Shown here: in pieces, positions 9,637 through 18,926 of the stretch | Position numbering within the stretch: position 1 is the first letter of the stretch | Layout of the letters: each line of letters starts with the position of its first letter | IMG/VR virus record: IMGVR_UViG_3300025122_006001 | Length of the DNA stretch: 64,000 nucleotides | Strand: one strand, 5' to 3' | Origin: a virus | Lineage: Duplodnaviria; Heunggongvirae; Uroviricota; Caudoviricetes | Notes under the pieces: model-generated | The model's database searches: none | Told to the model about the DNA's origin: nothing | Seen by the model: the letters and a program-made list of their open reading frames with translations, nothing else | Program-made: the position numbers and the translations under genes

Positions 9637-10332
9637 TTACTGATTGTGCCGAAGAATCTTCTTTGTAGTAGCCTCTCGGTCAATTGGCTCAATGTTATAC
9701 GTCTGTGCAACTGTTTCTTCTACTGTAAGCCGCTTCTCAAAAACCTTATTGTTAGAACAGTTTACTATTTTTCTGCCACTTTTACAATCTCGGATCCATT
9801 CTAAACCTTTGATGCAGTTACGAAGAGTATGAGGCTTGTGCATTGGATTAACGCCATAGAAATCAGTCTTGTCATCGTCGTAGCAACAGTCCATCGCCAC
9901 AAGCACAATAGGGTCACAACCCAAAAGATATGCCAGCTGAAATGCTAGAGGGCCGGTAGAACCCCGTCCCTTGAGGACAGAGGGATTCTCGGGTAAAGCA
10001 TATTCTCCTGTTAACAACTTGAAATGGTAAAAACGACCTTGGATGTCAGATTTATCCCTGCAATATTTTAACGCCTGCGTTTTTAAAACACTATGCTTAT
10101 CAGAATGCCACAATTGCAAATCTTGGAAAATAAGAATCGTTGGGTCAATCTTATAGAAAATTCTGTTAATACCAATAGTAAAATATTTAGACAGAAGCTT
10201 AAGACCCTGCTCATTTAGCGAAGGCCCATTGCCAAGCAGAAAACACGGAGTGCCAGCGAGGGCATTCGTCCAATTGTTTACAGAATTAATATGACCTATT
10301 GTGTGTCGCTTCACTCTCTTGCGAATAACCAT
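9637..10332 (-). CDS. hypothetical protein, possibly DUF115/Maf-like or a glycosyltransferase-like fold
   Basis: FLLGNGPSL..IGINRIF..LVAMDCCYDDD pattern; weak resemblance only. Confidence 0.3.
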   Translation of the reverse strand: MVIRKRVKRHTIGHINSVNNWTNALAGTPCFLLGNGPSLNEQGLKLLSKYFTIGINRIFYKIDPTILIFQDLQLWHSDKHSVLKTQALKYCRDKSDIQGRFYHFKLLTGEYALPENPSVLKGRGSTGPLAFQLAYLLGCDPIVLVAMDCCYDDDKTDFYGVNPMHKPHTLRNCIKGLEWIRDCKSGRKIVNCSNNKVFEKRLTVEETVAQTYNIEPIDREATTKKILRHNQ

Positions 10333-10334
10333 TT

Positions 10335-10925
10335 TTATTTTATCGAAATATGTTTATCAATTTTAATAAAGTTATACCATGACTTTGGAATTCTAGGAAT
10401 GCTAGAGGTATACAAAGGACTCCACTTCGGCTTAAACGGAGTATGCTTCAATCGCATTCCTGCTTCTTCCGGCGTTCTGCTGCCTTTTCGCCTGTTAACC
10501 TCAGATGCGGCAATCACTACATTGTCCCAAGAATTAGACCCTCCACGACAACGTGGAACAATATGATCAATCGTTGCATCTTTAGACCGTAATTGCTCTC
10601 CTGTGTAGGCGCAACGAAATTTATCTCGCACTAATAAGTTTTTGCGAGTTAATTTAACGTCAAACGTTGGAATTTTATCATAAGTCCTTAAGACGACAAT
10701 CTCAGGAATTCTCACATCTTTACGAGTTGTTTTGATGACAGCCTCGCCATTGTTAGATCTCAGATCATACCACTTTTCCCATGTATATGTATTAAAATCG
10801 TTATGATCTACAATCATAGCTGCATCATTAAAAATCTTTGAAAGCGATTGTCTAACAGTTTCGATAAAAACAGGAGCCCAACTTTTGTTTAAAATTAATA
10901 CTGGACGATTTAAGGAAGCAGTCAT
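10335..10925 (-). CDS. HNH endonuclease
   Basis: CAYTGEQL..DHIVPRCRGGSNSWDNVVIAASEVNRRKG: canonical HNH motif with a C-terminal Zn ligand. Confidence 0.7.
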   Translation of the reverse strand: MTASLNRPVLILNKSWAPVFIETVRQSLSKIFNDAAMIVDHNDFNTYTWEKWYDLRSNNGEAVIKTTRKDVRIPEIVVLRTYDKIPTFDVKLTRKNLLVRDKFRCAYTGEQLRSKDATIDHIVPRCRGGSNSWDNVVIAASEVNRRKGSRTPEEAGMRLKHTPFKPKWSPLYTSSIPRIPKSWYNFIKIDKHISIK

Positions 10926-11005
10926 TTATGTACCTGTGTCCTCAAAACATTTCTTCACTTCTTCAACAGTTACTAATTTCATAGAAAACATGAAACAGTT
11001 AATTT

Positions 11006-12313
11006 CTAGCAAAGAGAAACTGTAATCTCCTCTCCAGAGCGATCAAAAAATCCAAAAGTATTCCAAAAGAATCCTTTCAAATTGAATCTCGCTTTTCTCA
11101 AAGCAACTGTAACACGAGGAAGATCATGCTGGTGATTAACCGCTGCATTAAAATCAGAATCAGCAGCATAATCACAGTTTTTGCATGAAAATCTCTTGCC
11201 ACGCCTATTTGCTTTGAGAACTAAACCGCAGCTACTACACCTTTGACTCATATAAGTTGATGATTGTGAAGTTAAAAGAACCTCTTCTTCTTCACACTTA
11301 CATTGAGTCTTATATTTTATCTGTTTATGAGGCCAATGACTCAGATATCTACCCAACTTCTTCTTGTATCTAATGTGTCTCACATCTTCATAAATCAGTT
11401 TAGAAAGAATATTGAAATTCAGTTGATTAATAGCCCAGTTAATGAAATTAGTCCTGTGATTTTGAGCTTTGCTCATCCCCTTTGAACCCTTCTTCTTGCT
11501 ACACATCTTCTTCATGATGCTATCTAATGAATGTCCATGTTTATCACTATCGGGCGTTGCCTGTTTGTCTCCTAGAGTTAGAACAGTTTTAACTCCTTGA
11601 TCTGCTCCGACTGTAGATGATTTAGAAACTTTCTTTTTATTCTTCTGGGTTATTTTGTATCTTATTTCTACATGATTCTCGCAAACATGAAAGCTACTTA
11701 ATATTTCTCCTTGTTTTTTCCATTTATTAGAAACTTTCGTGAATTTAACTGGGACTCTTATCACTTTTCCTCTAGTTCTAGTATCATAGCTTCTAATCTG
11801 TAGAAAAGCATCAAAAGTAGACTCAGGAAACTCTTCCAAGTCAGCACACACAGAGTTAAGCTCAGGATTTATTTTCTCAACTTCTGGCTTCGAGGGTCTC
11901 TGTCTTGCACGCTTCCTGAGTCTCTTAGGTACTTTTCTGCTTTCTGCCCTCATCTTGTTGATAATATACTGCCTCTTAGATTGCTTTTTCACCACTCCTC
12001 TGACAACAGATAAAACCTGTGTGATACAACATTTTAATGCTCTTGCTGAAAGCCAAGTCTCAATGTTAAGAGTTTTATTAAGTTCTACTGTCGAGAGGAA
12101 CAGAGGCAGTTGCAAGTTAATTTTGTTATCAAAATGATAAGTCTTATCTTTTTGACTAAACTCATGTTCATGATCCCAGATATAATCTAGATATATCTTA
12201 GCAATTCTTCTGTACTCTAAAATAAACTCTGCTAGATCCTCTTGTTTACCTTGGTTACCTTGGTTAAATGAGTGCTTACTAGAGCGAATATAATGTGAAG
12301 AATTGTTAGTCAT
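11006..12313 (-). CDS. tnpB: TnpB (IS605 OrfB / IS1341-like), solo with no tnpA
   Basis: 435 aa; RuvC-like DxG..E..D spacing with a C-terminal Zn finger CSSCGLVLKANRRGKRFSCKNCDYAADSDFNAAVN; ends with TAG. Confidence 0.85.
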   Translation of the reverse strand: MTNNSSHYIRSSKHSFNQGNQGKQEDLAEFILEYRRIAKIYLDYIWDHEHEFSQKDKTYHFDNKINLQLPLFLSTVELNKTLNIETWLSARALKCCITQVLSVVRGVVKKQSKRQYIINKMRAESRKVPKRLRKRARQRPSKPEVEKINPELNSVCADLEEFPESTFDAFLQIRSYDTRTRGKVIRVPVKFTKVSNKWKKQGEILSSFHVCENHVEIRYKITQKNKKKVSKSSTVGADQGVKTVLTLGDKQATPDSDKHGHSLDSIMKKMCSKKKGSKGMSKAQNHRTNFINWAINQLNFNILSKLIYEDVRHIRYKKKLGRYLSHWPHKQIKYKTQCKCEEEEVLLTSQSSTYMSQRCSSCGLVLKANRRGKRFSCKNCDYAADSDFNAAVNHQHDLPRVTVALRKARFNLKGFFWNTFGFFDRSGEEITVSLC

Positions 12314-12431
12314 GCAATTAAAGTTGATTTAAGTTCTTTTGATTTTGTCTGCCTCAAACCATAAATATTATATCGACAGAATTACAAAAATTCCTTTAAT
12401 AATTTTCTAAAAATATCAACTTTCTATAAAC

Positions 12432-12953
12432 TTATGGATTAGTATTAACACCAAGCAGCTTATTTACTTCAGAAATAAATATTGGACTTTGATCGATAAT
12501 CTTAATCTTAATTTCATGGTCGTGCCGTTTAGCAATATTTACCATAACATTAGCCACAACAGTATAATCCAGTCTTCCAATACCTGTCCCTAATCCTGGC
12601 ATTGCAATAGACTCCCGTCCTGCTGCAATCGCTTTTTCCAAAACTTTACTCATTAATTTACTTACAATATCTAGGCTGGTAAATCCGCCTGGGTATTGCA
12701 TTGTTACTGCATGATATATCTTCTTGACACCTCTGCGGTGCAGCTTTCCTGACGTTGTGGGATAAACATCACCAGCTTCAAAATGCTTGCCTCTCTTTCT
12801 AATTAATGCTTTAGCTTCTTCCACGATCTCAGGGCCTCCAACGACAGCTAAAGCCCCTGCAACGCCTTTGCCCATAACGCCTATTCCGTTAGCAGGATTA
12901 ACGACAATCTGTGTTTTGGGACTAGCAATATTGCCCACCACTGTTTCAATCAT
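12432..12953 (-). CDS. macro domain protein (ADP-ribose binding/processing)
   Basis: VVNPANGIGVMGKGVAGAL matches the macro-domain nucleotide-binding loop (IVNAAN..GGGV); GLGTGIG further on; 173 aa. Confidence 0.65.
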   Translation of the reverse strand: MIETVVGNIASPKTQIVVNPANGIGVMGKGVAGALAVVGGPEIVEEAKALIRKRGKHFEAGDVYPTTSGKLHRRGVKKIYHAVTMQYPGGFTSLDIVSKLMSKVLEKAIAAGRESIAMPGLGTGIGRLDYTVVANVMVNIAKRHDHEIKIKIIDQSPIFISEVNKLLGVNTNP

Positions 12954-12959
12954 AACATT

Positions 12960-13757
12960 TTAGAATAATTCTTTAGAGTCTGAAGAACCGATGTAATCAA
13001 AAACATCTTCGTCAAAAAAATCAGGATTTCGTTCTATTTTGTCACGTAACTTTGACAACATCTCTTTATGCATTTGACTTACGCGAGATTCTGATAATCT
13101 GACATACTCAGCAACCTTATCCATTGTCCACGCCCTATAATAGTATAGGTAAATAATTAATTTTTCTAGCTTAGAAAAAGAACCCATTAGCTTGGTAAAA
13201 AATTCTAGTCTTCTTAATTGAATATCGGGGTCTAATACCTCATGATCAATTAGATTAACATTAAATTCATCTTTTATTTCTTCCTTTGTTGTAAATGATT
13301 CTAAACTATTAAATATTATTGGGCGAAACTTTTTTCTCTTTTTAGCGAATTCTTTTTCAAGTTGAAAAAATGTCGCAACCTCTGCGTCGTCAACTTTTCT
13401 TTGTTCTATATTTTGTAACTCTTGTTTTTTATTATCAAATCTATTATTATTAATCCGCACACTTCTGGGCACAACATCATTCTTTCTGAGCCAGTCAATC
13501 ATTGAGCCTCTAATTCGTCGCTGACTATATGATTCGAATTTAACACCTAAAGTAATATCAAACTTTTCAATTGCATCATATAATCCATCAAGCCCCAGTG
13601 AAGTAAGTTCTTCAACAGTACAGTGGCGTTCTAGCTTCCCTGACAATTTTATGGCGATTTTCTTCACAAATGGGAAATAAAGCTCGATTAATTCATTTCT
13701 CAAGCCATTTGTGTGTTTTTCTTTATAATTTTTCCATAATTCTTTTATTGTGTCCAT
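12960..13757 (-). CDS. RNA polymerase sigma factor (sigma-70 family, FliA/SigF-like group)
   Basis: Region 2 LIELYFPFVKKIAIKL..EELTSLGLDGLYDAIEKFD; region 4 HTH YVRLSESRVSQMHKEMLSKLR. Confidence 0.75.
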   Translation of the reverse strand: MDTIKELWKNYKEKHTNGLRNELIELYFPFVKKIAIKLSGKLERHCTVEELTSLGLDGLYDAIEKFDITLGVKFESYSQRRIRGSMIDWLRKNDVVPRSVRINNNRFDNKKQELQNIEQRKVDDAEVATFFQLEKEFAKKRKKFRPIIFNSLESFTTKEEIKDEFNVNLIDHEVLDPDIQLRRLEFFTKLMGSFSKLEKLIIYLYYYRAWTMDKVAEYVRLSESRVSQMHKEMLSKLRDKIERNPDFFDEDVFDYIGSSDSKELF

Positions 13758-13820
13758 AATACATCTCCTATTTCATTTATTATAGTGCTTATTTTTTCAC
13801 ATTTTTAGAACTTAGACTAT

Positions 13821-13830
13821 TTCTCCAGAA
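13821..13830 (+). promoter_or_regulatory. TTCTCCAGAA motif upstream of pncB
   Basis: Same 10-mer, in gene orientation, lies 30-60 nt upstream of several starts (also 16029, 31476, 54564, 58191). Confidence 0.3.
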
Positions 13831-13886
13831 TAAATTATGCCATGATATTTAAATAGTTAAAAAGTGGAATCATACTTTCATAGGAG

Positions 13887-15104
13887 TTGATAACGATGAA
13901 ACCAATTATTACATCCTTGATAGATGACGATCTTTATAAGGCTACTCAACAGATGGCTGTCTGCCAGCTGTACCCGCGAGTCTATGCCCGGTACGAATTC
14001 ATAAATAGAGGAAACACAGAATTCCCAAGCGGGTTCGCAGCAGCACTTCGCGAACAAGTCGAACACCTGCAAACACTAACATTAATAAAAGATGAGAAAG
14101 ATTTCCTTCGTGAGCGTTGCTATTTTATGACACCTGTATATCTTGACTTCCTTTCAGGATACAGACACGACCCTGAAGAAGTTCATATCTCACAAAGCGA
14201 TGGAGAACTTGCAGTAAAAATTGAAGGACCATGGTATCGTGCGATTTTATGGGAAGTTAAGCTAATGGCTCTCATTAGCGAATTATACTTTCAATTATCT
14301 CCAAAACCAGAAATGCTACGAGATCATATTGATTCACCTGGAGAAGTAAAAGAACGAGCAATACAAAAAGCTCGCAATCTATTTGATAATGGCTGTGTAT
14401 TCTCTGACTTCGGAACTCGAAGGAGGTTTTCCTATAGAACACAAGATCAAGTTTTGGAGGGCTTGAAACAATTCCCATCTAAATTGGGTTCCCCAGGATT
14501 GGCCGGGACTTCAAATGTACATCTGGCGATGAAACACAATCTCACTCCCATAGGCACCCAAAGCCATGAGTGGTATATGTTTCATGCTGCTAAATATGGT
14601 TTTCGCATGGCAACATCGATGGCGTTAGGAAGATGGGTTGATGTGTTCGGTGGCGAACTTGGTATCGCACTGACCGACACTTTTACAACTCCAGAATTTT
14701 TCAAACATTTCGATTCATTTCATGCCAGATTGTATAATGGCACACGCCACGACAGTTCAGATCCAATAGACTATGGTGAACGAGCAATCAGACATTACGA
14801 AGAATTGCGAATCGAGCCAAAATCAAAATCAATAGTATTTTCAGACGGACTAGACACAGACGAAGCAATATCTATTCAAAGGCATTTTGACAATAATATT
14901 AAAAGCCCATTTGGAATTGGAACTCATTTCACTGCGGACACTGGATGCAAACCATTGAACATCGTAATCAAAATGACTGCCTGCAAACCAAATGACTCAT
15001 CTGATGAGTGGGTTCCCACTATTAAACTGTCAGATGTCCAAGGAAAACACACAGGCTGCAAAGAAACAATAGCGTTAGCAAAGAAAATACTAGGAATCAA
15101 CTAA
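13887..15104 (+). CDS. pncB: nicotinate phosphoribosyltransferase
   Basis: N-terminus MKPIITSLIDDDLYKATQQMAV..YPRVYARYEF matches the PncB family signature; 405 aa; SD taggag 8 nt upstream. Confidence 0.8.
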   Translation: MITMKPIITSLIDDDLYKATQQMAVCQLYPRVYARYEFINRGNTEFPSGFAAALREQVEHLQTLTLIKDEKDFLRERCYFMTPVYLDFLSGYRHDPEEVHISQSDGELAVKIEGPWYRAILWEVKLMALISELYFQLSPKPEMLRDHIDSPGEVKERAIQKARNLFDNGCVFSDFGTRRRFSYRTQDQVLEGLKQFPSKLGSPGLAGTSNVHLAMKHNLTPIGTQSHEWYMFHAAKYGFRMATSMALGRWVDVFGGELGIALTDTFTTPEFFKHFDSFHARLYNGTRHDSSDPIDYGERAIRHYEELRIEPKSKSIVFSDGLDTDEAISIQRHFDNNIKSPFGIGTHFTADTGCKPLNIVIKMTACKPNDSSDEWVPTIKLSDVQGKHTGCKETIALAKKILGIN

Positions 15105-15912
15105 CGATAATACGATGTGCTGTCCAGCCCTTGTGATGTTTCCTCTTTCCGCTTATTACTTTATGAACGTTAGCCCGTGTTAAAGCATGCTCTTCACAAA
15201 ATACACTAAGCCCATTGTTGGTAATAAAAACTTCACCACTTGGGCTAATCAATTTAAACTTTCCAATATTAATTTTTCCCTTGCTGCTCATTCTCATTTT
15301 CTCACGAGTCTCCACTGAAACACCTAGTTTTCTTCGTTTATCCCATGCCTTACGAAGCATCTTTCTGTGTGTCATTGAAAATGCCTGACCCCTTTTAGTC
15401 ATACTTATTTTTTTTCTGGTTTCTACGCTAAGCTTTCTACCTTTTCGCAAAATACTTAGCTTAGTGCTAACAGTTGGAGAGTCAAAACAGCTTAATTTAC
15501 CGCCTGGGACAGAATTACACAATGGTCCTTCATTCTTAACTTTACGCCCGATCAATGCAACTAATTTTACTTCTAAATCAAAAGCTAAATTTTCATACAT
15601 TTGTTCCTCAACTTTAATAAACATAGCCTTTAAACCCAGTCGTTTAATTTTCTTAATCAATGCTGTTTTGGGAGTATTCGCTTTTAAGCAGCACTCCATG
15701 CTGTGCGATTTATAACACCCTCCACTACCCTTTCCCACATAAAACGGCTCATAATCGAACTCATATTCTCCATATTTATATTTCCCAGGCTTCCGAGGAT
15801 CCAATAACGCATACACATAAAACCTATTTCTTTTCCTTGCTTTTTTCATATACTTTCTCCAAAAAATAATCAATAGCTTTTCTAAATATTTCTGATATTG
15901 TTCGCTCTTCAT
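15097..15912 (-). CDS. GIY-YIG homing endonuclease
   Basis: FYVYALLDPRKPGKYKYGEYEFDYEPFYVGKGSG carries the GIY-YIG-type motifs; its 3' end overlaps the pncB stop convergently. Confidence 0.6.
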   Translation of the reverse strand: MKSEQYQKYLEKLLIIFWRKYMKKARKRNRFYVYALLDPRKPGKYKYGEYEFDYEPFYVGKGSGGCYKSHSMECCLKANTPKTALIKKIKRLGLKAMFIKVEEQMYENLAFDLEVKLVALIGRKVKNEGPLCNSVPGGKLSCFDSPTVSTKLSILRKGRKLSVETRKKISMTKRGQAFSMTHRKMLRKAWDKRRKLGVSVETREKMRMSSKGKINIGKFKLISPSGEVFITNNGLSVFCEEHALTRANVHKVISGKRKHHKGWTAHRIIVS

Positions 15913-15988
15913 CGTCAGCGATTTTCTTCAATTTTTCATACTGTTTTTCAGTAATATAAAAATCCGTTCTGTGCATTCTTTTTTTCAT
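15824..15988 (-). CDS. ribbon-helix-helix (CopG/Arc-like) small DNA-binding protein
   Basis: MKKRMHRTDFYITEKQYEKLKKIADDEERTISEIFRKAIDYFLEKV. The track ORF 15824..16171 was trimmed to an internal Met because the long form overlaps the nadE start. Confidence 0.4.
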   Translation of the reverse strand: MKKRMHRTDFYITEKQYEKLKKIADDEERTISEIFRKAIDYFLEKVYEKSKEKK

Positions 15989-16028
15989 AATACTTATACA
16001 TTGCATTAACGTATATAAATTCCTTCTT

Positions 16029-16038
16029 TTCTCCAGAA
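16029..16038 (+). promoter_or_regulatory. TTCTCCAGAA motif upstream of nadE
   Basis: 38 nt before the ATG at 16076; a strong SD aaaggag sits at 16063-16069. Confidence 0.3.
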
Positions 16039-16075
16039 AATATTTACACAGATATATTCGTAGAAAGGAGACCTG

Positions 16076-17998
16076 ATGAAAATCGCACTTGGACAAATCG
16101 AAGTATTCCCCGGCGACTGCGAAGAAACTATCGCACAAATGCTTGATTTTATTGATCAAGCAAAACGGCAAGATGTTGACCTTGTGGCTTTTCCCGAGCT
16201 TGTCTTCGGTTATCTTTTAGGAGATAGATTTAGAGACCTTGATTTCTGTCGCGAATTAATGCGATGGAATGAAGTTATCAGAAAAGCAAGTAAAGGCATA
16301 AGCGTGGCATTTGGAAATGTCTTTGTTGATGAAACAAAAGTTAATAAAGACGGCAGGTTTAGATTATATAATGCTGCATACATTTATACTGATGGCGTGC
16401 CAGCAACACGTATCAAGCATGACAATCATCATCTACCCGCAGGAATAACTTTTAAGACGAATCTTCCCTGTTATAGATTTTTTGACGAACCAAGATTCTT
16501 TTTTAGCATGACAGATTTATATGTTGCAACAGAATACACGTTTAACTATTATTATATACCATTTACGATCCCAACAAAATACCAAGGAGACATGCTTGTC
16601 GGATTTGAATTGTGCGAAGATCTGTGGTGTCAAGATTACTCTTATTGGGACGAAACAACCAATCACACCAAAACAATAAGTCCAGCAAAAGAGTTTAAGG
16701 ACAATGGCGCTGGCCTTATAATAAACCTGTCTGCAAGCCCCTGGACACACGGCAAAAATGCAGCACGAGATAGACGAGTAAAAGAACTTGCATTAGGCGT
16801 TCCATATTACTATGTCAATTGCACAGGAGTTCAAAACTCTGGTAAAAACATTGTGACGTTCGATGGGGGCTCAACCATTTATAACAAAGTTGGCGAGCCA
16901 GTAGCATTTGCAGAACAACCATATAAAACAGAACTCATTATACCTCCACCATTACAAGAGGCCATACCTAAATCTCGCAACAAATCAGACCCCATTCAGG
17001 AAAAATACCAAGCCATTATCACAGGCATTCGTCATATAAAAGATATCCTCGGGTTGCCTTGTCATCCTAAAATCATAATTGGACTTAGTGGGGGGGTAGA
17101 TAGTGCCGTCTCAGCAGCGATTGTTGCAGACGCCATTGGCAAAGAACACGTTATAGGCATTAACATCCCAACTCACAATAACACACAAAAAACCAAAGAT
17201 GCAGCAGATGAACTGGCGTTAAACCTGCGCATTGAATATAGAATAATTCCAATAACAAAGATTCTAAAAGCTATAGAAGAAGCCACAGGAAGATTTGAAG
17301 GGCTAATTAACGAAAACGATCAGGCCAGAATCAGAGGAGCAAATATTTTAGCGGGCATCGCTGCTAGAGAAAATGGATTATTTATCAATAATGGCAATAA
17401 AGTAGAATTTGCTCTAGGATACTGTACGGCCTATGGAGATCTTTGTGGTTGTGTAGCCGTTCTGGGAGACCTATTAAAAACTGAAATATATGAAATGGCT
17501 CAATATGTCAATATTCTCCATGGCAGAGATATAATTCCTCGACGACTGCTGCCAGATAATGACAGGTTTGAATTCAGCAAAGAAAAGATACAATCAGGAC
17601 CAGAACTACAAGAAGGACAAGTAACCCAATTAAAGATTGGATACCATGATTGCCTAGTATCTGCAATGACAGACTATAAAAAAATAACTATCGAAGATAT
17701 ATTAGAGTGGTATGCCGAAGGAACACTAGAAGATCATTTACAACAATATGGCATGACTCCTGGTATGCTTCAAAGGTATGACATAAGCGACCCAGAAACA
17801 TTTCTTCAAGACATAGAGTGGTTTGTTTCTAAGTTTCAATCTGCCATCTGGAAAAGAATACAATCTCCACCAATCATTGTTTTAAGCAAAACTGCATTTG
17901 GGAATGATTTACGAGAATCTCAGATGCCCTTTAGAAAATCTGCCAAGTACAAAGCGATTGAAACAAAAATTAAACAGAAACTTTATGCTACTACATAA
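16076..17998 (+). CDS. nadE: glutamine-dependent NAD+ synthetase
   Basis: N-terminal nitrilase/CN-hydrolase domain (MKIALGQIEVFPGD..VAFPEL) and C-terminal NAD-synthase PP-loop GLSGGVDSAVSAAI; 640 aa. Confidence 0.85.
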   Translation: MKIALGQIEVFPGDCEETIAQMLDFIDQAKRQDVDLVAFPELVFGYLLGDRFRDLDFCRELMRWNEVIRKASKGISVAFGNVFVDETKVNKDGRFRLYNAAYIYTDGVPATRIKHDNHHLPAGITFKTNLPCYRFFDEPRFFFSMTDLYVATEYTFNYYYIPFTIPTKYQGDMLVGFELCEDLWCQDYSYWDETTNHTKTISPAKEFKDNGAGLIINLSASPWTHGKNAARDRRVKELALGVPYYYVNCTGVQNSGKNIVTFDGGSTIYNKVGEPVAFAEQPYKTELIIPPPLQEAIPKSRNKSDPIQEKYQAIITGIRHIKDILGLPCHPKIIIGLSGGVDSAVSAAIVADAIGKEHVIGINIPTHNNTQKTKDAADELALNLRIEYRIIPITKILKAIEEATGRFEGLINENDQARIRGANILAGIAARENGLFINNGNKVEFALGYCTAYGDLCGCVAVLGDLLKTEIYEMAQYVNILHGRDIIPRRLLPDNDRFEFSKEKIQSGPELQEGQVTQLKIGYHDCLVSAMTDYKKITIEDILEWYAEGTLEDHLQQYGMTPGMLQRYDISDPETFLQDIEWFVSKFQSAIWKRIQSPPIIVLSKTAFGNDLRESQMPFRKSAKYKAIETKIKQKLYATT

Positions 17999-18882
17999 TC
18001 TTGAAACACATCATGACTATCTTTTGTAACATTTTGGAAAATATTTTTCTTTCTTTTGAGAAAAATAGTAGCATTACTATAAAAATAATTATAAAGTTTA
18101 AGCATCTGTTCTTTAGAAGTCGTCACTAACTTGTCAATTTTTTTTCTTCGATCTCTAGAAATATAACATTTTATATCCTGTGTTTGTAAAAAAAAATCTT
18201 TTAATTGAGCACAAAACATTCTGCTTGAATTAATTGAAAAGGCATGCCTAAGATGTGTCCTGTTGTTCCTAGGCTTAATTGTTACTGAGCCATCTCCATC
18301 AAAATAACCACGAATAAAATGACGCATTAACTCACCAGGAACTTGTTCTTGATTAGGCATTTCTAGCGTTAAACTTTTTCTTGGCTTAAGACCAAAAAGC
18401 CTCAAATCTTGGGCAATCTTCTTATTAATAATTCTAAATCTGTATGATGGCTTCGTATAGATGCGCCTACCGAACGCCATGCCGTATCTGCCCTTGTGAT
18501 ACCCTAATGGCCTTTTAGAATCAAAAATAATTTTATTAAAAACATCCAATATTTCTTTATCCTTCTCACTTAATTGTAAAACAACCTCGTATTTTTGCAT
18601 ATTACCATCTGCATACATAAAACCCAAAAAATAAGATTTCCATTCACAATCTATTTTCTCAAATAGACTTTCATCAATTTCATATTTCTTAGCCCATGAT
18701 CCCGCACGCCGGGTAACAACATTATTTCTCTTTAGTATCCCAACTACAGTAGTCCTATCGATATTATATCTATCTGCAATATCTTGCTGAATTTGTCCCG
18801 CCCTATATAAGGCGCAAATCTCCAAATCTTGATTTAATGTAGTTTTCCTGCGCATAGTTAGATAGCTCCTAAAGTATACCAC
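17983..18882 (-). CDS. LAGLIDADG homing endonuclease (double-motif)
   Basis: YFLGFMYADGN and GYFDGDGSV motifs; N-terminal HTH-like region; 3' end overlaps the nadE stop by 16 nt. Confidence 0.7.
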   Translation of the reverse strand: MVYFRSYLTMRRKTTLNQDLEICALYRAGQIQQDIADRYNIDRTTVVGILKRNNVVTRRAGSWAKKYEIDESLFEKIDCEWKSYFLGFMYADGNMQKYEVVLQLSEKDKEILDVFNKIIFDSKRPLGYHKGRYGMAFGRRIYTKPSYRFRIINKKIAQDLRLFGLKPRKSLTLEMPNQEQVPGELMRHFIRGYFDGDGSVTIKPRNNRTHLRHAFSINSSRMFCAQLKDFFLQTQDIKCYISRDRRKKIDKLVTTSKEQMLKLYNYFYSNATIFLKRKKNIFQNVTKDSHDVFQDYVVA

Positions 18883-18926
18883 ACTATACGGGAACGAAAT
18901 GAAAATTACTTCTTGATTTTTAAATT

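Noticed and set aside
15824-16171. The full 115-aa track ORF overlapping the nadE start
   Set aside because: The N-terminal 60 aa are hydrophobic junk overlapping the nadE ribosome-binding site and promoter; only the C-terminal RHH-like 54 aa are plausible.
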